In this document: one piece after another, positions 9,834 to 19,213 of the stretch
How the letters are laid out: every line of letters starts with the position of its first letter
How positions within the stretch are numbered: position 1 is the stretch's first letter
From: a virus
Taxonomy: Duplodnaviria; Heunggongvirae; Uroviricota; Caudoviricetes
DNA: 37,852 nucleotides
Reading direction: 5' to 3' (one strand)
Virus record (IMG/VR): IMGVR_UViG_2531839583_000010
Made by a program: the position numbers and the translations under genes
Notes under the pieces: model-generated
Told to the model about the DNA's origin: nothing
Databases searched by the model: none
Seen by the model: only the letters and a program-made list of their open reading frames with translations

Positions 9834-10067
9834 ATGCGCATTGAAATAATGATCGATAAAGAGCAGAAAATTAGCCAGTCTACCCTGGACGCCCTTGAAT
9901 CCGAGCTTTACCGCAATCTGCGCCCCCTGTATCCCAAAACGGTAATTCGTATCCGCAAAGGTAGCTCTAACGGTGTGGAACTGACCGGACTGCAACTGGA
10001 CGAAGAAAGAAAACAAGTGATGAAAATTATGCAGAAGGTGTGGGAAGACGACAGCTGGCTGCATTAA
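9834..10067 (+). CDS. DinI-like protein (Tum C-terminal-domain-like antirepressor module)
   Basis: MRIEIMIDKEQ...LDALESELYRNL...KIMQKVWEDDSW parallels E. coli DinI (MRIEVTIAK...EILQETWESADDW); GAGGTG Shine-Dalgarno upstream. Confidence 0.7.
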   Translation: MRIEIMIDKEQKISQSTLDALESELYRNLRPLYPKTVIRIRKGSSNGVELTGLQLDEERKQVMKIMQKVWEDDSWLH

Positions 10068-10572
10068 GAAACGTTGCTGGCGTCTGAACTTGCTTCTGGC
10101 GTCAGCAAGGTTGAATAACGAGCTGTGCGAGGCGTTAGCCATCTGATCAAAAGACATCAAATATCATATTGTATATCGTGGTCAAACGCTGGAAACAATC
10201 ATTCCCGGTCAGAGGGGCTTCTTTCAATGTCTAAAAGAGTGAGATAGAGGATACAGGATGGGAAGAGCTTATGATGATTGTTCTTGGATTGACTTGGAAT
10301 ATTTGATGTCCATTATCTAATGGACTTGGTCTTGATAGTTATCACGAAAGAGGAAGCCAACGTCATGTATTTGAAGAGTATCTCTTACCTTTTGATTAAT
10401 TATTGTCCAAGTTTTTCAAAAGCTTCTTATCTGGCGGTCGATACATGATTTACTGTTGGATATGGTATTTAAAATTAATCTTTACACTGTGGTATATGCA
10501 GAATAGGATATTATCAATACAATCAAACTGTTTTCATACGGTTGTTAATATTGCAATGTTATAGGTAATGTC

Positions 10573-11691
10573 ATGTATCTTTTCAAGTATTACCGTCCGG
10601 ACTTCTTCTTCGAGAAAGCTATTCGTTATAATGAATTATATTTTTCCGCTCCTGCGCAATTGAATGATCCTAATGATCTCAATATAGATTATCGTTTTGA
10701 TAATAAATTGAAATTATGAGATATTTTATTGCGTTCTCCTTGCGATAAATCCTATAAAAATTTGAGTCACATATTAGATTTGAGTAATTTGAAGATACAT
10801 AAGGGATTGAATCGTATTTTTAGAGGAAAAAAAATAAAAAGTAGCATTGAGTCATTAGATAGCCTGTTTGACTCACACGTTGATGAGATACGTAAGATCA
10901 TAAATGATGGTTTACTACCTATCAATGTGATTAATTCCGCTATTTATGGGAATATTCCTGAACCACGCCAATTTTTGGTCTCACTTTGCGAGAACAGTAT
11001 CAAAGAAAGGTTGTATAGGAAAATAGTTCCTGCAGTATTCAGTGTGTCATTTTCAGCTAATGCGTTAGATCGTATGATGTGGGCGCATTATGCTGCAGGC
11101 TTTAGTGGTTGTGTTGTGATTTATGAAACGCAGGATTTTAATATTAATGGCGTACCACATCCTGGAATGAAGTTAAGAGAAAATTTATTTTCATCAGATA
11201 AAATTAATTTTCCAGTTAAGCCAATAAAATATAGTAATCAAGCTAAAGAGGTTTCACTTCTAGACCCAAGCGCAAATGTTGCAGAGTTATTTTTAACTAA
11301 AAATAGATTTTGGAGATATGAAGCTGAATATCGAATGTTTATTCCAGAGGCAAATGCAGGAATAGGGAGTGAGCGGCATGTTCAAAGACACGTAAATCGA
11401 AATATTGGACATGTTTTTCATCATGATGCTAATGTTGTTAAAGGGATCATTTTTGGTCCTAGAATGTGTGAAATGAAAAAAGAAAGCATATGGAATTGTA
11501 TCAAGTCAAATATGGAGAATTCAAATTCAACAATATGTTATTTTTTTGACTCTGAGTTATCAGCATCAGGAAAGATTACTATTTCAAAAGGGCAACGAGC
11601 GGAAAAAATGAAAAATTTCCCTTTGTTCAGGAACAAGTTAAGTCAGACGGAAATGGCTAAAGTTTTGAAGGAAATTGGCATTACGAACTAA
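10573..11691 (+). pseudogene. DUF2971-like gene interrupted by an in-frame TGA (10717-10719)
   Basis: ATG 10573 encodes YLFKYYRPDFFFEKAIRYNELYFSAPAQLNDPND (DUF2971 N-motif as recalled); a TGA follows; the same frame continues to 11691 and contains MWAHYAAGFSGCVVIYE and RFWRYEAEYR (DUF2971 core motifs). The track ORF 10729-11691 starts at a TTG. Confidence 0.55.
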
Positions 11692-11756
11692 CCTAACAAC
11701 AGTGCATGCCTATGCTGCCTGAATTTGCATGACCGTTTGAGGATCGTTTTTGCTAA

Positions 11757-11781
11757 GGCCCGCCAGAACTGGCGGGCTTTT
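11757..11781 (+). terminator. Rho-independent terminator candidate
   Basis: ggcccgccag-aa-ctggcgggc followed by tttt; GC stem plus T-run downstream of the DUF2971-like gene. Confidence 0.6.
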
Positions 11782-11826
11782 GCGTGGATCAGGCACCTGC
11801 ATGAAAACCACTACACAAAGCGGGCA

Positions 11827-11845
11827 GGCGTGGCGGGGATACGAG
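11827..11845. other. Putative cos (cohesive end) site, ggcgtggcggggatacgag
   Basis: The first 13 nt match the recalled P2/186 cohesive end (GGCG[A/T]GGCGGGGA...); it sits in a short GC-rich island between two AT-rich cargo genes. Assigned from memory of the P2/186 cos sequences. Confidence 0.4.
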
Positions 11846-11978
11846 CGCGCGTTATGACAAATAGATGATTAGCCTGATTTATTTACAGCTGTATAAATGA
11901 TCACCTTGTAATTAGGTAAGTAATGTCTTCTATTATCATTGATTTGATAGGATTAATCTGTTTTTTGAGGATTAGAGG

Positions 11979-14315
11979 ATGATTGAAGAGGTAGTTATTG
12001 ACAAGGTAGGCTCATATAATGGCCCTACGCAGCTTTTACATGGACTTTCTAAATTTAACTATTTATATGGAGCTAATGGTGCAGGTAAAACAACTATAAG
12101 TAAAATTATTAATGACCCTGAACAATATCCAACATGTCCGATTAAATGGAAAAATAATATATCTTTAATAAGCTACGTATATAATAAAGATTTTGTTGAA
12201 AGAAATTTTAGTCAAGATAAAATTAAAGGTGTATTTACCCTTGGTAGCGATCTTAAGGAGGATGAAGAGAAACTAATATCTCTTAAAGAAGAAAAAAATA
12301 AGCTAATGGAATCTATTATAGCAAAGGAAAAGTTAATAGATGGTGGTGATAATGAATTAGGCGTTATTAAAAAAATCGAAGACCATGAAAAATCTTTTAA
12401 AGATTCATGTTGGAAGCAAAAAGTAAAACATGACAATGTGTTCTCAAAGGCTTTTGAGGGATTAAGGAATAGTAGTGAAAAATTTAAAGCCAGAGTGTTG
12501 GCTGAGTATGAAAATAATACATCAGAAGTTTGCTCAATAGCAGAGTTAATTGAGAAAGCAAAAATTGTTTTTTCTACTGAATTGACATCACATGTATCAA
12601 TTACAATTCCATCCTTCAATGGGATAGATGATATTTTGAGTAGGGAAGTTTGGAGTGAGCGTATCCTAGGGAAAAAAGACGTTAGTGTTTCAGACTTAAT
12701 TACAATGCTCAATAACAGTGATTGGGTTAAGGAGGGTTTAACATATTTCAGTAAATCTAATCCCAAGTGCCCATTCTGCCAGCAGGATGTAAATGATAAT
12801 ATATTTGATAATCTTTCATCATATTTTGATAAAACATATGAGTTAAAAAAAAGAGAAATCGATGCATTGGTTTTACAATATGAATATCAACTTAATAATA
12901 TCTTGAAGGCGATAGATGATATAAGGGCGATTAAATCTCCATTCATAAATTATGAAGTGTTTGAGGATAAGGCTAAGATAGTATTATCTGAATTAAACAA
13001 GAATTTTGAATTGGCAAAAAATAAACGCAATTTTTTAAGTGAATCAGTTCATTTTAGTGACTTAAGTGAAGTTGTTGATGATTTTATTTCTTTTTTGAAT
13101 GATTCAAATCTATTGATAGATAATAATAACAAAATACATAGTAATAGAAAGGTAGAGGCTAGTAATCTTTCTAAGCAGATATGGGCATATATCGTAAAGG
13201 TGGAGTTAAAGTCTGAAATAACTTCTTACCGTAGCAAATCTGATAAGTTTAATAGGACGTTACAAGGACTTAAATCTGGGATAGAAGAAGACAAAAAGAA
13301 GTTAATGTTAAATACTTCGGCTATTGAGGCAATTGAGTCTAATAAAACCAGTACTCTTCCAACTATTACAAAAATTAACAAGATTCTGGACTCTTATGGC
13401 TTCAAAAATTTTTACTTAAAACCCTCCGAAGATAAAAAGCATTATATGATAGTGAGAGATAGTGGAGATAATGCTCGTACAACCCTTAGTGAGGGAGAAA
13501 AGACATTTATCACTTTTTTGTACTTTTATAGCCTTGTTAGAGGGAGTGATAATGCATCAGGTGTTTTAGATGATCGTGTTGTAGTATTTGATGATCCAAT
13601 TTCAAGTTTAGATAGTGATATTCTGTTTATTGTAAGTTCGTTGATTAAAGATTTAATGGAGGATGTTCGTAAGGATGAAGGAAATATTAAGCAAATTATA
13701 TTCCTTACTCATAATATTTATTTTCATAAAGAGTTGACTTTTAATACCAAAAGATCCGGTAATCAAGCAATGAAAGAGGAGACTTTTTGGATTGTAAGGA
13801 AAAAAGGGAAGGTTTCATATCTTGAAAAGTGCGAATCAAACCCAATAAAAACGTCTTATGATTTGCTCTGGTGCGAATTGAGAAGAACAGACATTAATAA
13901 TAATACTATACAAAATACAATGCGAAGGATTTTGGAGAATTACTTTAAGATATTAGGTGGGATGGATATTAGGAAGCTTGAGTGTCATTTTTATGGTGAT
14001 GAAAAAATCATATTTAAATCTTTAGTGTCATGGATTAATGATGGTTCCCATTTTGCAGGTGATGATCTTTATATGAATTTAGATACGGAGTCTGTGCAAA
14101 AATATTTAATTGTTTTTCAGAAGATATTTGAATGTAGTGAGCATACTGCCCATTACAAAATGATGATGGGTGAGTTTTATAAACCGTTAAATGAGTCACT
14201 TCATCTACAAGATGAGTTTGATATAGATGATAGTGCGAATGATGAGTATGCTTCGTCAAAAATTGAGATAAAAGATGGAATAAACACATCTCTACATAGC
14301 AACACATATTTGTAA
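11979..14315 (+). CDS. RloC-like ABC/AAA_13-type ATPase with coiled-coil CxxC hook and C-terminal HEPN-like (R-x4-H) domain; candidate anticodon-nuclease-type defense protein
   Basis: Walker A GANGAGKTT (aa 31-39, nt 12069-12095); CPFC (aa 264-267, nt 12768-12779) inside a K/E-rich predicted coiled coil; LSEGEK signature (aa 503-508); Walker B/D-loop VVVFDDPISSLD (aa 534-545); RKLECH (aa 665-670, nt 13971-13988). AT-rich. Confidence 0.6.
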   Translation: MIEEVVIDKVGSYNGPTQLLHGLSKFNYLYGANGAGKTTISKIINDPEQYPTCPIKWKNNISLISYVYNKDFVERNFSQDKIKGVFTLGSDLKEDEEKLISLKEEKNKLMESIIAKEKLIDGGDNELGVIKKIEDHEKSFKDSCWKQKVKHDNVFSKAFEGLRNSSEKFKARVLAEYENNTSEVCSIAELIEKAKIVFSTELTSHVSITIPSFNGIDDILSREVWSERILGKKDVSVSDLITMLNNSDWVKEGLTYFSKSNPKCPFCQQDVNDNIFDNLSSYFDKTYELKKREIDALVLQYEYQLNNILKAIDDIRAIKSPFINYEVFEDKAKIVLSELNKNFELAKNKRNFLSESVHFSDLSEVVDDFISFLNDSNLLIDNNNKIHSNRKVEASNLSKQIWAYIVKVELKSEITSYRSKSDKFNRTLQGLKSGIEEDKKKLMLNTSAIEAIESNKTSTLPTITKINKILDSYGFKNFYLKPSEDKKHYMIVRDSGDNARTTLSEGEKTFITFLYFYSLVRGSDNASGVLDDRVVVFDDPISSLDSDILFIVSSLIKDLMEDVRKDEGNIKQIIFLTHNIYFHKELTFNTKRSGNQAMKEETFWIVRKKGKVSYLEKCESNPIKTSYDLLWCELRRTDINNNTIQNTMRRILENYFKILGGMDIRKLECHFYGDEKIIFKSLVSWINDGSHFAGDDLYMNLDTESVQKYLIVFQKIFECSEHTAHYKMMMGEFYKPLNESLHLQDEFDIDDSANDEYASSKIEIKDGINTSLHSNTYL

Positions 14316-14326
14316 TTTTATTACAA

Positions 14327-14356
14327 TTGCCAGTAGCAACAATACGGTACTGGCAA
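14327..14356. terminator. Hairpin between convergent ATPase gene and Q (ttgccagta-N12-tactggcaa)
   Basis: Perfect 9-bp inverted repeat with a 12-nt loop in the 49-bp gap between convergent genes; AT-rich stem, so strength is uncertain. Confidence 0.35.
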
Positions 14357-14364
14357 CTAATATT

Positions 14365-15396
14365 TTAGTTAAGCTCATATGGAGAAAATTCTATAAGTTT
14401 TTCCCCGAGCCATGCATTAATTTCTCTAAATCGTTTTTGCAAAGGAATTAATTCATTTATCACAAAAACCTTACTAGCCTTCTCCACATCCCCAAACCCC
14501 CCGACATTATTAGGCATAATCCCCATCATTTGCGGTGGAACGCGGTGTGCCGCCATCATGTCATCGCGACTAACATTTTTGATATTCAGAAACTCATCCT
14601 TCGCTGCGACTTCTGATAACGGGATAATCTGAAGCCCGTCCTTTTTGCCGTTAGGTGAGTACATAAACAGGTTGCGGAAGTTGCCCGGCCCTTTGGCGCT
14701 TTTCATCGCATTGCGGAGGTTGTTCACATCCTCCTGGTTTTGCGCGGCATCGGTCATGTACATGATAAAGCCCGCATGACTGCCGTTAATGTAATACTTG
14801 CGACGGAACAGCGTGGCGGACTCGTTGAGCAGGGCTGACGGAATGGCAGAAAGATAACCGGGCAGGCCGTAGATCTCCTGATTAATATCCGGTTCCATCA
14901 GATGAAAAATGCTGCCTTTCGTGAACTGATACGGCTGGGGTGTCATACCGTATTGCACAAACCAGTAGGTATCCAGGTCTAATCCGCGTCGGGTGTATTT
15001 TGCCAGCGCAGGTTCAAGGGCGATCACTTCACCGAAGCGGTTCGTGCGTTTCTCCAGATAGGCGTTGCCAAATACCAGATAGTCCTGCACAAAACGCGAA
15101 AAAGCCTGCTGGCTGAGCAGAGGATGAGGGATATAGGTACTGGTCAGAATGTTGCACTTTACTGCAATCGGGGAACTGTGATGCACGGCAGCGCGGAAGG
15201 TGCGCGCCAGTCCGTCAAAGCTGACGGGCGGCTCATACCAACGGTCCATCTGTACGCATTCCACATAGTCCAGTAATTCTCGGCGGTCCAGAACAGGAAC
15301 GGGATCGCCGAAGCTGAATGCTTCGGCTGAAGTTTGGTTTTTATGCTGGATCTGATTCGTCGCCGCAGTGCGGTTTTTCTTATTCTTTCCCATCAA
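14365..15396 (-). CDS. Q: Portal protein (P2 gpQ-like)
   Basis: 343 aa (P2 Q is 344 aa); adjacent to and co-oriented with the terminase large subunit. Confidence 0.9.
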   Translation of the reverse strand: MMGKNKKNRTAATNQIQHKNQTSAEAFSFGDPVPVLDRRELLDYVECVQMDRWYEPPVSFDGLARTFRAAVHHSSPIAVKCNILTSTYIPHPLLSQQAFSRFVQDYLVFGNAYLEKRTNRFGEVIALEPALAKYTRRGLDLDTYWFVQYGMTPQPYQFTKGSIFHLMEPDINQEIYGLPGYLSAIPSALLNESATLFRRKYYINGSHAGFIMYMTDAAQNQEDVNNLRNAMKSAKGPGNFRNLFMYSPNGKKDGLQIIPLSEVAAKDEFLNIKNVSRDDMMAAHRVPPQMMGIMPNNVGGFGDVEKASKVFVINELIPLQKRFREINAWLGEKLIEFSPYELN

Positions 15397-17159
15397 AAAA
15401 TCTCCACAATATTGCTGGTATTGGCGGACTCGCCCTGCAGCGGTTCGTTAAACAGTGCGTGCATCGTTGCCCAGGCCAGATCGGCGTGGCTGGCTTCTTC
15501 GCTGCGGCTGGCTTCATAGGTTGGGCGGTTGCCACTGGCGGTGGTTGCGCGACGGATTGCCATAAATGACTGCGCAATGTCGGTGTGCCCGGCGTCAAAC
15601 TCCAGACGGCGGTGGCTGATAATGTCGTAGGCCTTGAGTACCAGGGCGTTTTTAACGTTGGGGTTGTAGACAAACTCCCGGACGGCAGGAAAGAACGCTT
15701 TCACGTTCTCGTAAACCCCGTGACCAACGCCGGTTGAGTCGATACCGATATAAGTCACGTTGTACTGCTCGGTAAGTTTTTTGATGGCGTCAGCCTGGGC
15801 GCGGAAGTCCATCCCGCGCCACTGGTGACGCTCAAGAATGCGGAACTTACCACCCGGCACGGCTGGCGGTGCCACCACCACGCATCCGGCGCTGTCGCCG
15901 TTTTGCGTACCTTTTGCCGGGTCATAACCGATCCACACTTCGCGCCAGCCAAACGGGCGCAGCGCCAGTGCATGAAAGTCGGTCCAGATTTCCCAGCTGT
16001 CTACCATGCACGCCTGCAGCTCGCTGAGAGGGAACACGGACGCGAGATCGTCCACAAACTCGCACATCAGCAGGTTCTGGTATTCGTCCGGGCTGTACTC
16101 CATGCGCAACTGGTCAAGGTCGAACAGGTTACAGCCGCCGCGCACCGCATCTTCCACGGTGACTATCTGGCGGTATTGCCCGTCTGCGCACAGCAGGCCG
16201 GGGGCCAGATTGCTGTGGGACAGGTCGATGTCCACCTTATCGGCTTTGTTGCGCCCACGGTTGAACAGCGCACCGGACCAGAACGGATAAGCACTGTGTG
16301 TCAGACTGGATGGCGTGGAAAAATAGGTTTGTCGCCATTTTTTGTGAATAGCCATACCGGAAGCCACTTTGCGCAGTTCCTGGAATTTCGGTATCCAGAA
16401 ATATTCATCCAGATACAGGTTGCCGTGGTAACTCTGGGCCGTGCGGGCATTGGTGCCGAGAAAGTAAAGCGTGGCCCCGTTAGGAAGCACCATCGGATCG
16501 CCTTTCAGCTCCACCTCCACTTCTTTGGCAAAGTCGATGATGTACTGTTTAAAGACGTGAGCCTGAGCCTTGCTGGCAGAAAGGAAAATCTGGTTACGCC
16601 CGGTCAGCAGGGCGTCAATCAGGGCTTCACGGGCAAAGTAAAAGGTCGCGCCGATCTGGCGAGACTTCAGCAGGTTGCGGATGCGATTGGTTTTTCCGGC
16701 TTCCCACCAGTGGCGCTGGTAGTTGAACATGGAGGAATGGAAGATTTCTTCCAGCTTCTCAATCTGTTCATCGGTGAAAACATTCTTTTCCGGCTGACGG
16801 CGCGGGCCTTTGTTGCGGTTGGCGACGTTAGGGTTTAAGTCGGCTTCGTTGCCGCCATTGTTAAACTTGCCGATGCGCGCGTGGCGCTCCGACTGGCGCG
16901 CCAGCAGGTCAATCTCTTTGAAATCTTTCCCTTCTTTGTGCTCCTTCATAATGAGCTGGCAGTAGCGTGCGGCGGTGGTGAGCTGCATCTGATCCAGCGG
17001 CCCATAGTCACCCCACTTGTCGCGTTTTTTCCAGCTATGAACGGTTGCAACTTTCTCGCCCAGCATTTCAGCAATGCGGGCGACGCGGTATCCCTGAAAG
17101 TACAGCAGCATGGCCTGCCGACGGGGATCGAGATCTGCGGGGGTCAGTGTGGTGTTCAT
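15393..17159 (-). CDS. P: Terminase ATPase (large) subunit (P2 gpP-like)
   Basis: 588 aa; position and size match P2 P; divergent from the O-N-M-L operon. Confidence 0.9.
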   Translation of the reverse strand: MNTTLTPADLDPRRQAMLLYFQGYRVARIAEMLGEKVATVHSWKKRDKWGDYGPLDQMQLTTAARYCQLIMKEHKEGKDFKEIDLLARQSERHARIGKFNNGGNEADLNPNVANRNKGPRRQPEKNVFTDEQIEKLEEIFHSSMFNYQRHWWEAGKTNRIRNLLKSRQIGATFYFAREALIDALLTGRNQIFLSASKAQAHVFKQYIIDFAKEVEVELKGDPMVLPNGATLYFLGTNARTAQSYHGNLYLDEYFWIPKFQELRKVASGMAIHKKWRQTYFSTPSSLTHSAYPFWSGALFNRGRNKADKVDIDLSHSNLAPGLLCADGQYRQIVTVEDAVRGGCNLFDLDQLRMEYSPDEYQNLLMCEFVDDLASVFPLSELQACMVDSWEIWTDFHALALRPFGWREVWIGYDPAKGTQNGDSAGCVVVAPPAVPGGKFRILERHQWRGMDFRAQADAIKKLTEQYNVTYIGIDSTGVGHGVYENVKAFFPAVREFVYNPNVKNALVLKAYDIISHRRLEFDAGHTDIAQSFMAIRRATTASGNRPTYEASRSEEASHADLAWATMHALFNEPLQGESANTSNIVEIF

Positions 17160-17205
17160 GGCACAAACCTACAGCCTTGAATGAAGGCTTTCCCCGCCTG
17201 CGGTT

Positions 17206-17223
17206 TGTGTGGTTGTCGGTACA
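17206..17223. promoter_or_regulatory. Candidate Ogr-dependent late promoter element TGT-N12-ACA (divergent P / O promoters)
   Basis: tgtgtggttgtcggtaca in the P-O intergenic region, about 80-95 nt upstream of the O start. Confidence 0.45.
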
Positions 17224-17301
17224 AATACCGCGCATTGTTTCACTGCCCCCATCACCGCAACCATAAGGCTCCAGTAAGTTTTTTCTAACGGAGCACGGCT
17301 C

Positions 17302-18135
17302 ATGACAGTGAAAGCAAAGCGTTTTCGCATCGGGGTGGAAGGTGCCACCACCGATGGACGCGAAATCCAGCGTGAATGGCTGGAACAGATGGCAGCCAGC
17401 TACAACCCGGCGGTGTATACCGCGCTGATTAACCTTGAGCACATCAAGTCTTATCTGCCGGACAGCACCTTTAACCGCTACGGCAAGGTGACGGCGCTGT
17501 TTGCTGAAGAAATTACGGAAGGTCCGCTGGCAGGAAAGATGGCATTGTATGCCGACGTTGAGCCAACGGAGTCCCTGGTGGAACTGGTGAAAAAAGGCCA
17601 AAAATTATTCACCTCTATGGAAGTCAGCCCGAAGTTTGCTGATACGGGCAAAGCCTACCTGGTCGGCCTGGCTGCCACTGATGATCCAGCCAGTCTGGGT
17701 ACGGAAATGCTGACATTCAGCGCCAGTGCAGCCCATAACCCGCTGGCAAACCGCAAGCAGAATCCTGCCAATCTCTTTACCGCTGCAGAGGAAACGGTGA
17801 TCGAACTGGAAGAAATCCAGGATGACAAACCGTCCCTGTTTGCCCGTGTCACGGCGCTGTTCACCAAAAAAGAGCAGTCCGATGATGCCCGGTTCTCTGA
17901 TGTGCATAAGGCCGTGGAGTTGGTCGCCACTGAGCAGCAGAACCTGAGTACGCGCACCGAAAAATCCCTGTCTGAGCAGGAAGAACGCCTGTCTGAGCTG
18001 GAGACTGCCCTGCAGGCACAGCAGACCGCCTTTAATGAACTGGTGGACAAGCTGAGCCATGAAGACAGGCGCCAGGACTACCGCCAGCGTGCAACAGGCG
18101 GCAACGCCCCCGCTGACACTCTGACCAATTGCTGA
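17302..18135 (+). CDS. O: Capsid scaffolding protein (P2 gpO-like)
   Basis: 277 aa; immediately upstream of the major capsid gene; acidic coiled-coil C-terminus. Confidence 0.85.
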   Translation: MTVKAKRFRIGVEGATTDGREIQREWLEQMAASYNPAVYTALINLEHIKSYLPDSTFNRYGKVTALFAEEITEGPLAGKMALYADVEPTESLVELVKKGQKLFTSMEVSPKFADTGKAYLVGLAATDDPASLGTEMLTFSASAAHNPLANRKQNPANLFTAAEETVIELEEIQDDKPSLFARVTALFTKKEQSDDARFSDVHKAVELVATEQQNLSTRTEKSLSEQEERLSELETALQAQQTAFNELVDKLSHEDRRQDYRQRATGGNAPADTLTNC

Positions 18136-18151
18136 TGGAGCACAAAACCTG

Positions 18152-19210
18152 ATGAAGAAGAATACCCGCTTTGCTTTTAACGCTTACCTGCAGCAGCTGG
18201 CGCGTCTGAACGGTGTGGCAGTTGAAGAACTGTCCAGCAAGTTCACCGTGGAGCCGTCTGTACAGCAGACGCTGGAAGACCAGATCCAGCAGTCCGCCGC
18301 TTTCCTGACGCTGATTAACGTCACGCCAGTGACTGAGCAGTCCGGTCAGCTGCTGGGGTTGGGAGTTGGCAGCACCATTGCCGGAACCACTGATACCACC
18401 GCGAAAGAGCGTGAACCTGTCGATCCGACGCTGATGGTCGATGTGGAATACAAATGCGAGCAGACCAACTTTGACACGGTACTGACCTACGCGAAGCTGG
18501 ACCTGTGGGCGAAGTTTCAGGATTTCCAGGTGCGTATCCGTGACGCCATCGTGAAACGTCAGGCACTGGACCGCATCATGATCGGCTTTAACGGTGTGAA
18601 GCGTGCGAAAACCTCCAACCGTAGCGAAAACCCGCTGCTGCAGGATGTGAACAAAGGCTGGCTGCAGAAAATCCGTGAGGATGCACCGGATCACGTCATG
18701 GGCAGCACCACCACGGGCGGTGAAACCACACCGGGCGCGGTGAAAGTCGGGAAAGGTGGCGAATATGCCAACCTGGACGCCGTGGTGATGGATGCGGTCA
18801 ATGAGCTTATCGACGTGGTCTACCAGGACGATGACGATCTGGTGGTGATTTGCGGTCGTGAGTTGCTATCTGACAAGTATTTCCCGCTGGTCAACAAAGA
18901 GCAGGAAAACAGTGAAAAACTGGCTGCCGATATGATCATCAGTCAGAAACGCATGGGAGGCCTGCAGGCCGTGCGTGCGCCGTTCTTCCCGCCGAATGCG
19001 CTGCTGATCCCCCGTCTGGATAACCTGTCCATCTACTGGCAGGAAGACACCCGCCGCCGTTCAGTTATCGACAACCCGAAACGTGACCGGATTGAAAACT
19101 TTGAATCCGTTAACGAAGCCTATGTGGTTGAGGACTACCGCTGCGCCGCACTGGTGGAAAACATCCAGATTGGCGATTTCAGCGCCGCCGCAGCAGAAAC
19201 CGGAGAGTAA
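18152..19210 (+). CDS. N: Major capsid protein (P2 gpN-like)
   Basis: 352 aa (P2 N is 357 aa); synteny O-N-M. Confidence 0.9.
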   Translation: MKKNTRFAFNAYLQQLARLNGVAVEELSSKFTVEPSVQQTLEDQIQQSAAFLTLINVTPVTEQSGQLLGLGVGSTIAGTTDTTAKEREPVDPTLMVDVEYKCEQTNFDTVLTYAKLDLWAKFQDFQVRIRDAIVKRQALDRIMIGFNGVKRAKTSNRSENPLLQDVNKGWLQKIREDAPDHVMGSTTTGGETTPGAVKVGKGGEYANLDAVVMDAVNELIDVVYQDDDDLVVICGRELLSDKYFPLVNKEQENSEKLAADMIISQKRMGGLQAVRAPFFPPNALLIPRLDNLSIYWQEDTRRRSVIDNPKRDRIENFESVNEAYVVEDYRCAALVENIQIGDFSAAAAETGE

Positions 19211-19213
19211 TCC

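Noticed and set aside
10081-10112. Possible hairpin after the DinI-like gene (ctggcgtc twice)
   Set aside because: On inspection the two copies are direct, not inverted, so no stem-loop forms.
12212-12766. 184-aa minus-strand ORF inside the RloC-like ATPase gene
   Set aside because: Antisense to the coiled-coil region; Ser/Leu/Phe-rich low-complexity translation produced by the AT-rich, repeat-like coding sequence.
15825-16838. 337-aa plus-strand ORF inside the terminase large subunit gene
   Set aside because: Antisense to gene P, with no independent support and the same GC-driven artefact.
17068-18694. Several minus-strand ORFs (177, 151, 131 and 220 aa) overlapping the P-O promoter region, O and N
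   Set aside because: Antisense to the scaffold and capsid genes or spanning an intergenic promoter; Arg/Cys-rich translations typical of non-coding frames.
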